From: Eledone cirrhosa
Taxonomy: Eukaryota
Assembly (NCBI GenBank): GCA_964016885.1
Contig: OZ024745.1
Span: forward strand, 131,440,001 to 131,504,000
Length of the DNA: 64,000 nt
Direction of reading: 5' to 3'
Below the pieces are notes generated by a model. The model searched no databases, was not told where the DNA came from, and worked only from the letters and a program-made list of their open reading frames with translations. Shown here piece after piece: positions 39,661 to 52,827 of the stretch. The number at the start of each line of letters is the position of its first letter. Positions within the stretch are counted from its first letter, which is position 1. A program made the position numbers and the translations under genes.

Positions 39661-39848
39661 TAATTGTTTCTACTTTTTGGCACAAGGCTAGCAATTACCC
39701 AGTACATTACTGGTACTTTATTTTATCGACCCCGTAAGGATGAAAGGCAAAGTTAACCTCGGCCGAATTTGAACTCAGAATGGCAAGGGCCGTAACTCTA
39801 TGCATCAAATCATGACGTCCGCCCCTCTCCCGATACTGCCAATCCACC
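39661..39848 (-). mobile_element. Meta-core tRNA SINE copy
   Basis: Family sequence; lies within (GAT/GGT)n. Confidence 0.8.
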
Positions 39849-41678
39849 GATGATGATAGTGATAATGGTGATGGTGATGATGGTGATGGTGGCGGTGACG
39901 ATGGTGATGATGTCAATAGTGATAATGGTGATGGTGATGATGTCAATAGTGATAATGGTGATGGTGATGTCAATAGTGATAATGGTGATGGTGATGATGT
40001 CAATAGTGATGATGGTGATGGTGATGGTGACAATGGTGATGATGTCAATAGTGATAATGGTGATGGTGACAGTGACGACGACTATGACAATGATCCAGCA
40101 GAGCTATTATTTAAACAAGCCAGTACTAGGTAGATAATTGATGTATTGCTCAGGTAAACAAGAGACTACCTGAAATATGAACTCCCAGCAAAATTTGGTA
40201 GTTTAATGTAAGTTTTATTCTAGCTTATCCTTTTGGCCCTTTCATGTCTACTAAGATGAAAGGTACTCGACTGAGGATTCACGAACATTTGACAGTATTG
40301 AAAATAAACATAAAAATTACCATCACAACCTACAATAAAAGATGCCCAACTGTTTAGTAAAAACAAATTGCTTTTACTTGTCATAATGTTTAGATCATAT
40401 CCCATCCCTGCAGAAACCTAGAACAGATTGCAATATAATTCTGCCACTCCCAGTGTTTCATTAGATTCTATTCTAAACAAAATCTTTTATTTGTTTTTCT
40501 TTCACACAAATTTCCTACCTACATATCACCCTACCTATCTACGTAAACAATTTCATTGTTTATGTATGATGAATAAGATTATAATGCTTATCATCTGTGA
40601 AAAGTTATACTACTGAGATTTAGATTTTTTCCCAGCAGAATAACTATGAACTATAAATATAAACCTATCACATTTCTATGCAAAGAACTGTGACCAAGAT
40701 ATTTTTTTTCTAGAATTACGAGGAAATTAAAACCCTTTGAAATAAAGATTTCTAACATAGGTATAATGTTGCACATTTATTTTATAGTTGATTTAATTAA
40801 GCCTAATTCTTTACTTTATCTACAGAAGAATGATAAAGGCAATGTCAGCCTCAGTAAAATTTAAACTCAAAACAAAGTGTTTTAACTAAATATCACAAAG
40901 CATCCCCCCCCCCCCCACACATTGTCATGGTCTTAAACACAGTATTTCAAAACCAATATAATCTCGTTTGTTGTCAAACTTTTCTGGTCTTACTTTGAAT
41001 AATTCTTATTCACCTCCGAGGTACGACCAACTCCTGCTATGGAATATTGTAAGTCATGTTAACTAAAATGTAGTGATTTTCAACTATTTATATAGAACAA
41101 AATCGTAGCACAATTGATAAATCTGAAGATATTAACCTCCCCCCTATCATCACCACAAAATCTCATTAGTACAAATTTAAATAGAATATAAAATAATATC
41201 CTAAAATTGTCACAAAACAGAAAAACTTATTTTCAGTTTGACCAAGAAAACAACTTTATTATGACCCTGAATATGTTGAGGTGGAGAAAGGGCTAGGCTG
41301 GAGTGAGAACATTATAACATCTGTTTTGGTATATGATATTTAAGATACAATAAAAAAGAAGACATTAACTTATAAGACATGAGAAGATTGGTACACACGA
41401 GTGATAATGGTGATGGGGGGGGGGGGGGTTATAAATGTATTTATTCCTTAGTAGATTTCCATTAAAATCACAAAAAGTGTTCACTCACATTTTGGTAACT
41501 AAACATGATATCAGGTTATTGACATACACTTTATTTCAATAATTTAGTAACTATTACTATTTACACTGGTTTCTATAAAAATAAAACTGTTGTATGTCTA
41601 CAGTTAAAGATGTTATTAATACTACTATATGGACATGAAACTAATAAACTAAAGACAGGTCTTAACTAATTCTATTAG

Positions 41679-41882
41679 CCCTTTAGCATTTAAACTGGCC
41701 ATATCTGGCCAAAACTCTCACCACTTTCTGTTCAAACCGGCTGTAAGTGGTCATGCATACCTACGTTAAGGTATTGTTCTTAAAATATCATAGATTCGAT
41801 ATTACGTGAGATAATTATGTAAGATAAAGCCTTTACAGTGAAAATACAATTGTAAATATAAAGTGATGCAAATGCTAAAGGG
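41679..41882. mobile_element. piggyBac-type MITE
   Basis: CCCTTTAGCATT...AATGCTAAAGGG with TTAG/TTAA flanks; homologous to 27366-27575. Confidence 0.75.
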
Positions 41883-42527
41883 TTAAAATACAGAACACAT
41901 TTTTCTTTCTTCCATTGGTCTGTTGTCCCTAGGTTAACCTTGACTTACCTATGGTCAAATGTATTCCAGCCAAGACTATTTGTTTATTTATCAATTCAAT
42001 TTAAACGTCCGTATAGAGCTAGTAAGCCATGATAGACAAGGGGAAGTGTTGAGTACTCCTTTCAGTTGGTAATCAAAAAGAGCTAGCGAGACAAATAAAA
42101 ATAAAATAGATTTTAAAAGGGAGGGGGGTCGTATTCTCTCCCCCTCCAGATATATATTTCTTTAACTTGTTGAGAATTATTGAAGAGATACAAACAACCA
42201 GGAATATAATCTTGTCCTTGGGGCTAAAAGAATATATTCACCCTGCAGATTTGTGAAAATATATCATCAGGCTTACTCAAATAACATCATAATTAGGAGA
42301 CAAAATTTTAAAATTTTCATGTAAATAAAATAGGGGATGTTAGAAAAGGGAAAAATCTAACAATTGCATAAAACCTTTCATCAGAGAAACTTTTCTTTCT
42401 CTGACGAAGGATTAAGTTGAAATGTTCACTCTCATTGGATTTACAGTCAGAATATACATTAGAACTATTAAATTAAAACTTTATTCACTCTTCCCCTACG
42501 CTTTCCTTTTCATTTCTTTAATAATTA

Positions 42528-42716
42528 TAATTGTTTCTACTTTAGGCACAAGGCCAGCAATTACCCAGTGCATTACAGGTACTTTATTTTATTGACTCCG
42601 TAAGGATGAAAGGCAAAGTTAACCTCGGCGGGATTTGAACTCAGTCCGTAAAGGGACGTAACTATGCTGCAAAGCATGGCGTCCGACCCTCTACTGATAC
42701 TGCCAATCCACCGCCC
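42528..42716 (-). mobile_element. Meta-core tRNA SINE, near full length
   Basis: On the - strand: ggcggtggattggcagtatc...gagttcaaatcccgcc (B box)...gcctttcatccttacgg...aaagtagaaacaattat. Confidence 0.85.
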
Positions 42717-42984
42717 TTTAATAATTATAATATTGCTGTAATAGTGACATTGAGGAAGAATCAACTGACAAAGACAAAAGAAAAATGGTTAGAAAAATTG
42801 TGAGTCTACAAAACGTATGTCAACATGAAAGTTAATCATTTTTAGATGCAGAACTTGAGTGCAAACAAATATTTACCCTCTTTTAAATATTTCTGAACCT
42901 TCCATACATCTACATTCTAACACCCAATCCTTTATACCTCCCACTAGATCTACCTCGCCAATCCCCATGTACCTGCCTCACTCA

Positions 42985-43495
42985 AGCACCCAGTCACACT
43001 GTAAAGTGGTTGGTTTGGTGACAACAAAAAGCACCTGGTCTACACTGTAAAATGGTTGTGTTGGTGACAACAAAAAGCACCTGGTCTACACTGTAAAATG
43101 GTTGTGTTGGTGACAACAAAAAGCACCTGGTCTACACTGTAAAATGGTTGTATTGGTGACACAACAAAAAGCACCGAGTCCACACTGTAAAGTGGTTGTG
43201 CTGGTGACAACAAAAAGCACCCAGTCCACTCTCTAAAGTGGTTGTGCTGGTGACACAACAAAAAGCACCCAGTCCACTCTCTAAAGTGGTTATGTAGGCG
43301 CCATGATAAAAAGCACCCAGTACACTTTGTAAATGTGGTTGGGATTAGGAGGGACATCCAGCCATAGAAACCAAGCCCAAATCACTTCTGTTTGAGCAAG
43401 ACACAGTCAGTTGATCTGGCTTTTCTCACAATGGGACAACTTGTCTAACCCATGCTAGAGAGGAAAAATGAACGTTAAACAGTGATGATGATGAT
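42985..43495 (+). mobile_element. SINE-like element with an internal tandem expansion of about 44 bp and an RTE-like (ATG)n tail
   Basis: Repeated aaaagcacc..gtc.acactgtaaa.tggttgtgttggtgac. Relatives lie near 16900-17210, 30120-30380, 31600-31810, 62340-62520 and 63680-63990. Confidence 0.7.
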
Positions 43496-44639
43496 TATCA
43501 GTAGAGCGTCGGATGCTACGCTTTGAAGCATAGAGTCGCTGCCCTTTACGGTATCAGTTCAAATCCAGCTAAGGTTAACTTTGCCTTTCATCCCTATGGG
43601 ATTAATGAAATAAAGTACCAGTAATGCAGGGTTAATTGCTGGCTTGGTGCCAAAAGTAGAAACAACTATTATGATTGCCAATACAGATTTCCACTAGTTG
43701 ATTATCACTCCATATGTCACCATCACTGACAATGGAAATGATTAAATCTAGTAAAAACATGTTTTAGTTACACCTTCAGGATATTGATGTTATACTTTCA
43801 CAGCACACCATAATGTTTGGTAGCTTACACTAGTAAAATAAAACTGTCCGTGTGTCTTGTTTGTTTGTTTTGTTCACTCTGTTGAAGAAAGTTGCCAAAA
43901 TGTGACGTCAGAGGAACAACTTCCACTATTTAGGATCAACCGATCCTTCAGCACATAAAGAAATCCCTTGTTGCATCACTCCACCCCTAACACACTTATT
44001 AAATACAATATAATCTTTATTTTTCCCAGTCTGTTTCCAAATAAACCAGATCTAAATTGCAACTAAGTTAGAAGAAACTTTCAAGTAATATATTAATTCC
44101 TGTTTCCTCGCCAGATACCTTCAGCTGTTGAAAGAGGGATTTAATTTCAACTAGAGAGAGAGAAAGACAAACAAACAGAGCAAACAACAAACAAGAAGCT
44201 TGTCTGACTACACCAACAAAAAAGCCAACTAAAAAGCAACATATTGGTATGTAAAGATATTGCTAGATTAACATCAAAAGAAACAGAGGCGAAGGAAACA
44301 AAGTCTGGTAAAAAAGAAGAGAAGTGTTACATTCAGTTTATATATTGGTTTAAAAACATTTCTAATGAGAGTGTTTGTCTATATACATTAGTAGCTTTGT
44401 ATGGTTAGTAGAAATAAAAATAGTACTTAATACTAATATAATAGAATAAATATACTGTGCATACTCATGTAAAGTCACTTTTTTCTTACAAAAATACAAT
44501 GTGAAAAATGAAGATATGACTATCTACTGGACGTACAAAACATTAATTCAAAATATATGGTAGACTGTAAATATATTTAAAATACATGGTAGACTGTAAA
44601 TATATTTAAAATTGAGGCAGCACTTTATACAAGTATATA

Positions 44640-45415
44640 CAGGGATCTGTTCTTGGCTCCCTTTTGTTTATGGCATATATTAATGACATAGATGCCAACT
44701 TAAAGAATGCCACAGTACCGAAATGTGCAGATGACATCAAGCTGTACCTTGAGATAAAAAGGACAGATCCTAAACACTATAGATCTTGCTTGCACTCTGA
44801 CCTGGACAAAATGCAGCAATGGGTCACAAATTGACAACTCAAGCTAGCTGTGGACAAGTGTACCACCATGTATTTTGGGAGTAAAAACCCAGCGTCCACA
44901 TACTCACTCCACAACACTAATATCAAGAAGTCTTCTTGTGAACGTGACCTGGGCATTACGGTCAGCAGCGATTTCCGTTGGACGAAGCATGTCTCTAAAA
45001 TTGTCTAGAAGGCCGAGGGTGTCTTAGCATCACTCAGCAAGACCTGTGTCAGCTGCTCTCCAGCTATCTATTTAAAGCTGTATATAGCTATGGTGCGGCC
45101 ACACTTAGAATTTGCATCACCAGTCTGGAACCCCTATCTTGCTCAGAACATTGATCGCCTGGAAACTGTTTGAGACGTGCAACCAAGCGAATACCCTCCA
45201 TCAGGCATCTACCATACTCTGAACGCCTTGCTTCCCTGGGCATGGATACATTGAAGCTCCGGTGTCTGGCAACTGACTTGGTAAACACCCACAAAATTAT
45301 TAACCATCTTGCCAACAACAACCCTGAGTACCTTTTTGATTTTCATGTGTTTAACACACAAAGAGAAAACAGCACAGCTCCCATGACTTTCGGAAACATT
45401 TTTTCACGTTCAAAG
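44640..45415 (+). pseudogene. CR1-clade LINE ORF2 RT fragment
   Basis: QGSVLGSLLF..YIND, ADDIKLY, ERDLGI, VRPHLEFASPVWNPY, RRATKRIP..LPYSERL; several stops. Confidence 0.88.
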
Positions 45416-46738
45416 TTGCATTTTTCTTTCTTCCATTGGTCTGTTGTCCCTAGGTTAACCTTGACATACCTACGGTCAAATGTATTCCAGGCAAGACTAT
45501 CATGTCACCCCACTCCACATATATTTCTTTAACTTGCTGTGGCTCCAAAATTACTGATTTTATGTTCTTATTAAAAACAATTATTTATAGATTACGCCCT
45601 GTCTGCTTTTTTATTGCTCTACAGTGTAAATTAGAGATGGGTCTACCGGTGGGGCTGTACCTGTGACCTCTGTCTACAAGTAGGGTTGTGCCTGTGACCT
45701 CTGTTTACAGGTGGGGCTGTGCCTGTGACCTCTGCAAGCTCCCTGGGATTGTATGTTCATCATGACCTTAACTAAGTCAATAGCTGTGGGGAAAATATTG
45801 GTAAGGGTGAAATTCCAGAGGGTAACTGTTATAATGGTAAAAGATTGGGTAAAACGATTAGTTTATAGGTGGCAATGTTTGTTATTGTTCATCAGATATT
45901 AATGGCAGCTTCACTTTGAACCTTTAACTTCCAATGACTGACTATGGCAACAAGTACAGCCACACATCTTGACAGACACAAACACTCAATTAATTTGCCA
46001 TAAGTCACAAACTTCCCACAGCGTTTATTTGGGAGAGAGCAATTCATGGAATCACCCATCAACAAGCCACCAACATCTGTCATACCAAACTGAAACAACC
46101 ATCTCATGCACTACATCTAATATACAAACATCTTAGTGATTGTATCTCTATTGTGTGTTTGGTGGAGATACTGACCTACATTTCTGACCAAATCAGGTTT
46201 TCAAGGGCTGACTCAGGCCACTGGTAATATGATATGGCCTCTTATCTTAAACTTTACCTTACCATTACCTTCTTACCATTTCTTCACTCTCAAGTATCTA
46301 TTTTACTGATTTATTTCTTTATATTCTAAAGTATTCTCTTATTATCTGTCTTTCTTCACTTTAATTGTTTAAAATATATTATTCACAGTTGCATAAACAT
46401 TACAAATTGTTCCACAATTCTTTCAGAATGAAAATATAAACACAAATATAAACATATATAATACAACTATCTCCAGGAACTTTACAATTACAACTCACCA
46501 AAATATACGATCAAATCACCATCAATTCGCCACCAACAATTGGTCACACATTAAAAACATTCCATGTGACATTCATTTGATTAAAAAACTCAAACCCTTT
46601 AGTTTCTGTAGGAGACCAATAGAGATGGCTGATGGAATGGAGTTAATTACCATTGATTAGCCAGCATATTGATATTTACACTGAAACAATCCTAGAATTA
46701 CTACCTTACTTTGGTTTTCCTATTCCTTCATTGTTTAA

Positions 46739-46970
46739 CCCTTTAGTTACCAACCTGGCCAAAACCAGCTCTGGTTCTTATGAAATAAAACCACCCATTA
46801 TAAAAGTTTCCAATTTAAATTAAGATCTTTCAACATAATTTTATATAAGAACCTTAAATTAAGTTACTATCTTAATAATGAAATAATTAATAATTTTTAT
46901 AAATCCCCCAAAATTCTTCAATAATTAATTAAAACAGTGTATTTCATTAGAAATGTGGCCATGAAAGGGG
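46739..46970. mobile_element. piggyBac-type MITE (second family; a related copy is at 54495-54829)
   Basis: ttaa-cccttt...aaaggg termini; internal similarity to the inverted copy at 54.5-54.8 kb. Confidence 0.6.
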
Positions 46971-47725
46971 TAACATTACACAGACACACACATAATTTAA
47001 AGGGTTGGTCACTATTTAAGGAAGGGTAATGTTTAGCTTTAGAAAGTGTGCATCTAAAACAATATCTAAATATCGGAATGGAAAGAGAAATGTAAAGGAA
47101 TTAGAGAAATAAATTTAAGAGGAGAGTAAAAGTATCATTAAACTCTCCGATAGAGAGGTTAATTTGATCTTAAACAACATTCATGATTAAAGAATACTTA
47201 TACCAGATGTCATCATCACCAGTGAGTAGGGAGGGGGTATATGAGGGGAGCAAGAAGTAATGACTGATGGGGAGAGGGGGAGAGGGGCAGGAGAGGGGGA
47301 GAGGGAAAGGGGAAGGGGAGGGGGCGATGGAAAGGGGGAAGGGGAGGGGGCGATGGAAAGGGGGAAGGGGAGGGGGCGATGGAAAGGGGCAAGGGAGGGG
47401 GAGAGGGAAAGAGAGTGAATGAGAGAGACTACCTTTTAGACATGCTGAAATAAGATAGTATGTGAAAGAGTGAAGAGAGAAATTGCAAGCAAGAGAGTGA
47501 AAATGTGAAAACGTTTATAAGAAAAGCTGTGAGAGAGGGGGGGGGGGGAGATAATGTGATAGGAAGAAAGAATAAAAACGATATATATATAGAGAGAGAG
47601 GATGAAAGAGAGAAGATAAAAACGTATTAGAAAGAAGTATACAAATGACAAAGGTACACAGAGTCTCAAAGTATTTTGAGTGACAGAATTTTAACAGACT
47701 GTACACTTAGCTATCTTTTTCATTG

Positions 47726-49480
47726 GACATAGCTATGTGGTCCACCCACCAGACACTACATAGCTATGTGGTCCACCCACCAGACACTACATAGCTATGT
47801 GGTCCACCGACCAGACACTATACAGCTATCTGGTCCACCAACCAGACACTATAGAGCTATGTGGTCCACCGACCAGACACTACATAGCTATGTGGTCCAC
47901 CCACCAGACACTACATAGCTATGTGGTCCACCCACCAGACACTACATAGCTATGTGGTCCACCCACCAGACACTACATAGCTATGTGGTCCACCCACCAG
48001 ACACTACACAGCTATGTGGTCCACCGACCAGACACTATACAGCAATGTGGTCCACCCACCAGACACTACACAGCTATGTGGTCCACCGAGCAGACACTAT
48101 ACAGCAATGTGGTCCACCGACCAGACACTACACAGCTATGTGATCCGCCCACCAGACACTACACAGCAATGTGGTCCACCGACCAGTAACTACATAGCAA
48201 TGTGGTCCACCCACCAGACACTACATAGCTATGTGGTCCACCCACCAGACACTACATAGCTATGTGGTCCACCGACCAGACACTATACAGCTATGTGGTC
48301 CACCCACCAGACACTATACAGCAATGTGGTCCACCGACCAGACACTACATAGCTATGTGGTCCACCAACCAGACACTACACAGCAATGTGGTTCACCCAC
48401 CAGACACTATACAGCAATGTGGTCCACCCACCAGACACTATACAGCTATGTGGTCCACCAACCAGACACTACACAGCAATGTGGTCCACCCACCAGACAC
48501 TATACAGCTATGTGGTCCACCAACCAGACACTACACAACAATGTGGTCCACCAACCAGACACTACACAACAATGTGGTCCACCCACCACACACTATACAG
48601 CAATGTGGTCCACCGACCAGACCCTACATAGCTATGTGGTCCACCCACCAGACACTATACAGCAATGTGGTCCACCCACCAGACACTATACAGCAATGTG
48701 GTCCACCCACCAGACACTACACAGCTATGTGGTCCACCCACCAGACACTACACAGCTATGTGGTCCACCAACCAGACACTATACAGCAATGTGGTCCACC
48801 GACCAGTAACTACATAGCAATGTGGTCCACCCACCAGACACTACATAGCTATGTGGTCCACCCACCAGACACTACACAGCTATGTGGTCCACCGACCAGA
48901 CACTATACAGCAATGTGGTCCACCCACCAGACACTACACAGCTATGTGGTCCACCGAGCAGACACTATACAGCAATGTGGTCCACCGACCAGACACTACA
49001 CAGCTATGTGATCCGCCCACCAGACACTACACAGCAATGTGGTCCACCGACCAGTAACTACATAGCAATGTGGTCCACCCACCAGACACTACATAGCTAT
49101 GTGGTCCACCCACCAGACACTACATAGCTATGTGGTCCACCGACCAGACACTATACAGCTATGTGGTCCACCCACCAGACACTATACAGCAATGTGGTCC
49201 ACCGACCAGACACTACATAGCTATGTGGTCCACCAACCAGACACTACACAGCAATGTGGTTCACCCACCAGACACTATACAGCAATGTGGTCCACCCACC
49301 AGACACTACACAGCTATGTGGTCCACCCACCAGACACTACACAGCTATGTGGTCCACCAACCAGACACTATACAGCAATGTGGTCCACCGACCAGACACT
49401 ACACAGCAATGTGGTCCACCGACCAGACACTACACAGCAATGTGGTCCACCGACCAGACACTACACAGCAATGTGGTCCA
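47726..49480. repeat. 31-bp satellite with an 868-bp higher-order duplication
   Basis: Unit catagctatgtggtccacccaccagacacta; rare variants recur at an 868-bp offset. Confidence 0.95.
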
Positions 49481-49669
49481 CACATTACAAAAGGTGGCTA
49501 ACCCCTGATTTAGGGGCTTCAAGAAAATCCCTACTGTTTTATCAATATTAATATAAATCAATGTAACAAACATGTTAGTTATGTTTTTTTAAATAAAAGT
49601 AATATGACAGGCCACCACGTGGGACCCCATTTGCTCATAATAGTAAGAGATGGGGAGGGCAAGAGAGAT

Positions 49670-52454
49670 GGGGAGGGCGGTGACAGTGGGAGTTTGAGAG
49701 AGAGGGGGGAGATGACAGTGGGAGTTTGAGAGAGAGAGGGGGGAGGACAGTGGGAGTTTGAGAGAGAGAGGGGGGAGGACAGTGGGAGTTTGAGAGAGAG
49801 AGGGGGGAGGACAGTGGGAGTTTGAGAGAGAGAGGGGGGGGGAGATGACAGTGGGAGTTTGAGAGAGGGGGGGAGAGATGACAGGAGTTTGAGAGAGAGA
49901 GGGGGGAGATGACAGTGGGAGTTTGAGAGAAAGGGGGGAGATGACAGTGGGAGTTTGAGAGAGAGGGGGGAGATGACAGTGGGAGTTTGAGAGAGAGGGG
50001 GGAGATGACAGTGGGAGTTTGAGAGAGAGGGGGGAGGTGACAGTGGGAGTTTGAGAGAAAGGGGGGAGATGACAGTGGGAGTTTGAGAGAGAGGGGGGAG
50101 ATGACAGTGGGAGTTTGAGAGAGAGGGGGGAGATGACAGTGGGAGTTTGAGAGAGAGGGGGGAGATGACAGTGGGAGTTTGAGAGAGAGGGGGGAGATGA
50201 CAGTGGGAGTTTGAGAGAAAGGGGGGAGGTGACAGTGGGAGTTTGAGAGAAAGGGGGGAGGTGACAGTGAGAGTTTGAGAGAGAGGGGGGAGATGACAGT
50301 GAGAGTTTGAGAGAGAGGGGGGAGATGACAGTGGGAGTTTGAGAGAGAGGGGGGAGATGACAGTGGGAGTTTGAGAGAAAGGGGGGAGATGACAGTGGGA
50401 GTTTGAGAGAAAGGGGGGAGATGACAGTGGGAGTTTGAGAGAGAGATGGGGGAGATGACAGTGGGAGTTTGAGAGAGATGGGGGAGATGACAGTGAGAGT
50501 TTGAGAGAGAGGGGGGAGATGACAGTGGGAGTTTGAGAGAAAGGGGGAGATAACAGTGGGAGTTTGAGAGAGAGGGGGGAGATGACAGTGGGAGTTTGAG
50601 AGAAAGGGGGGAGATGACAGTGGGAGTGAGAGAAAGGGGGGAGATGACAGTGGGAGTTTGAGAGAGAGATGGGGGAGATGACAGTGGGAGTTTGAGAGAG
50701 ATGGGGAGATGACAGTGGGAGTTTGAGAGAAAGGGGGGAGATGACAGTGGGAGTTTGAGAGAGATGGGGAGATGACAGTGGGAGTTTGAGAGAAAGGGGG
50801 GAGATGACAGTGGGAGTTTGAGAGAAAGGGGGGAGATGACAGTGGGAGTTTGAGAGAGATGGGGAGATGACAGTGGGAGTTTGAGAGAGAGGGGGAGATG
50901 ACAGTGGGAGTTTGAGAGAAAGGGGGGAGATGACAGTGGGAGTTTGAGAGGGAGATGGGGGAGATGACAGTGGGAGTTTGAGAGAGATGGGGAGATGACA
51001 GTGGGAGTTTGAGAGAAAGGGGGGAGATGACAGTGGGAGTTTGAGAGAGATGGGGAGATGACAGTGGGAGTTTGAGAGAAAGGGGGGAGATGACAGTGGG
51101 AGTTTGAGAGAAAGGGGGGAGATGACAGTGGGAGTTTGAGAGAGATGGGGAGATGACAGTGGGAGTTTGAGAGAAAGGGGGGAGATGACAGTGGGAGTTT
51201 GAGAGAAAGGGGGGAGATGACAGTGGGAGTTTGAGAGAAAGGGGGGAGATGACAGTGGGAGTTTGAGAGAGATGGGGAGATGACAGTGGGAGTTTGAGAG
51301 AAAGGGGGGAGATGACAGTGGGAGTTTGAGAGAGATGGGGAGATGACAGTGGGAGTTTGAGAGAAAGGGGGGAGATGACAGTGGGAGTTTGAGAGAAAGG
51401 GGGGAGATGACAGTGGGAGTTTGAGAGAGATGGGGAGATGACAGTGGGAGTTTGAGAGAAAGGGGGGAGATGACAGTGGGAGTTTGAGAGAGAGGGGGGA
51501 GATGACAGTGGGAGTTTGAGAGAGATGACAATGGGAGTTTGAGAGAGAGGGGGGAGATGACAGTGGGAGTTTGAGAGAAAGGGGGGAGATGACAGTGGGA
51601 GTTTGAGAGAAAGGGGGGAGATGACAGTGGGAGTTTGAGAGAAAGGGGGGAGATGACAGTGGGAGTTTGAGAGAAAGGGGGGAGATGACAGTGGGAGTTT
51701 GAGAGAGATGGGGAGATGACAGTGGGAGTTTGAGAGAAAGGGGGGAGATGACAGTGGGAGTTTGAGAGAGAGGGGGGAGATGACAGTGGGAGTTTGAGAG
51801 AAAGGGGGGAGATGACAGTGGGAGTTTGAGAGAAAGGGGGGAGATGACAGTGGGAGTTTGAGAGAGATGGGGAGATGACAGTGGGAGTTTGAGAGAAAGG
51901 GGGGAGATGACAGTGGGAGTTTGAGAGAGATGGGGAGATGACAGTGGGAGTTTGAGAGAAAGGGGGGAGATGACAGTGGGAGTTTGAGAGAAAGGGGGGA
52001 GATGACAGTGGGAGTTTGAGAGAGATGGGGAGATGACAGTGGGAGTTTGAGAGAAAGGGGGGAGATGACAGTGGGAGTTTGAGAGAGAGGGGGGAGATGA
52101 CAGTGGGAGTTTGAGAGAGATGGGGAGATGACAGTGGGAGTTTGAGAGAAAGGGGGGAGATGACAGTGGGAGTTTGAGAGAAAGGGGGGAGATGACAGTG
52201 GGAGTTTGAGAGAAAGGGGGGAGATGACAGTGGGAGTTTGAGAGAAAGGGGGGAGATGACAGTGGGAGTTTGAGAGAAAGGGGGGAGATGACAGTGGGAG
52301 TTTGAGAGAGATGGGGAGATGACAGTGGGAGTTTGAGAGAAAGGGGGGAGATGACAGTGGGAGTTTGAGAGAGAGGGGGGAGATGACAGTGGGAGTTTGA
52401 GAGAGATGACAGTGGGAGTTTGAGAGAGAGGGGGGAGATGACAGTGGGAGTTTA
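49670..52454. repeat. 31-32-bp G/A-rich satellite, about 2.8 kb
   Basis: Unit gatgacagtgggagtttgagagaaagggggga; source of the spurious 650-aa ORF. Confidence 0.96.
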
Positions 52455-52827
52455 GCTCCCGTGTTCAGACCTAGTGTACATGTGTGTGTGTATTTTTACA
52501 CTACCGACTCCAATTTAATAACGTTACATAATGTTACAAAGGAAAGTTTTCAATAATTATAAACACATCCGTTCAATATATATTATTTATATTGTTTACC
52601 GAAGAGGCCGGGGGAGGGCAAGGGCAGTAAAATTCCGAACTCAGATTCACTGCTGAGTTGTTTCGTTTAACGTACTACCTTATGATTAAATTAAACAAGA
52701 TCAGTATAAATAGGTAGGCGTTTATGGAGTTAGAATTTTAATAATTTGACAACCGTTGCCCTAATATAACCTCACATCATGACATTTTAACAGGAAATTA
52801 TAACTTTCTCCAGATTATATTAAACAA

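Noticed and set aside
41013-41035. AGVGRT, resembling the PTP active-site motif, on the minus strand
   Set aside because: It continues SE rather than G, there is no HCS context, and it is too short.
49579-51531. 650-aa minus-strand ORF
   Set aside because: Translation of a pyrimidine-rich satellite strand; the three frames cycle through the same peptides.
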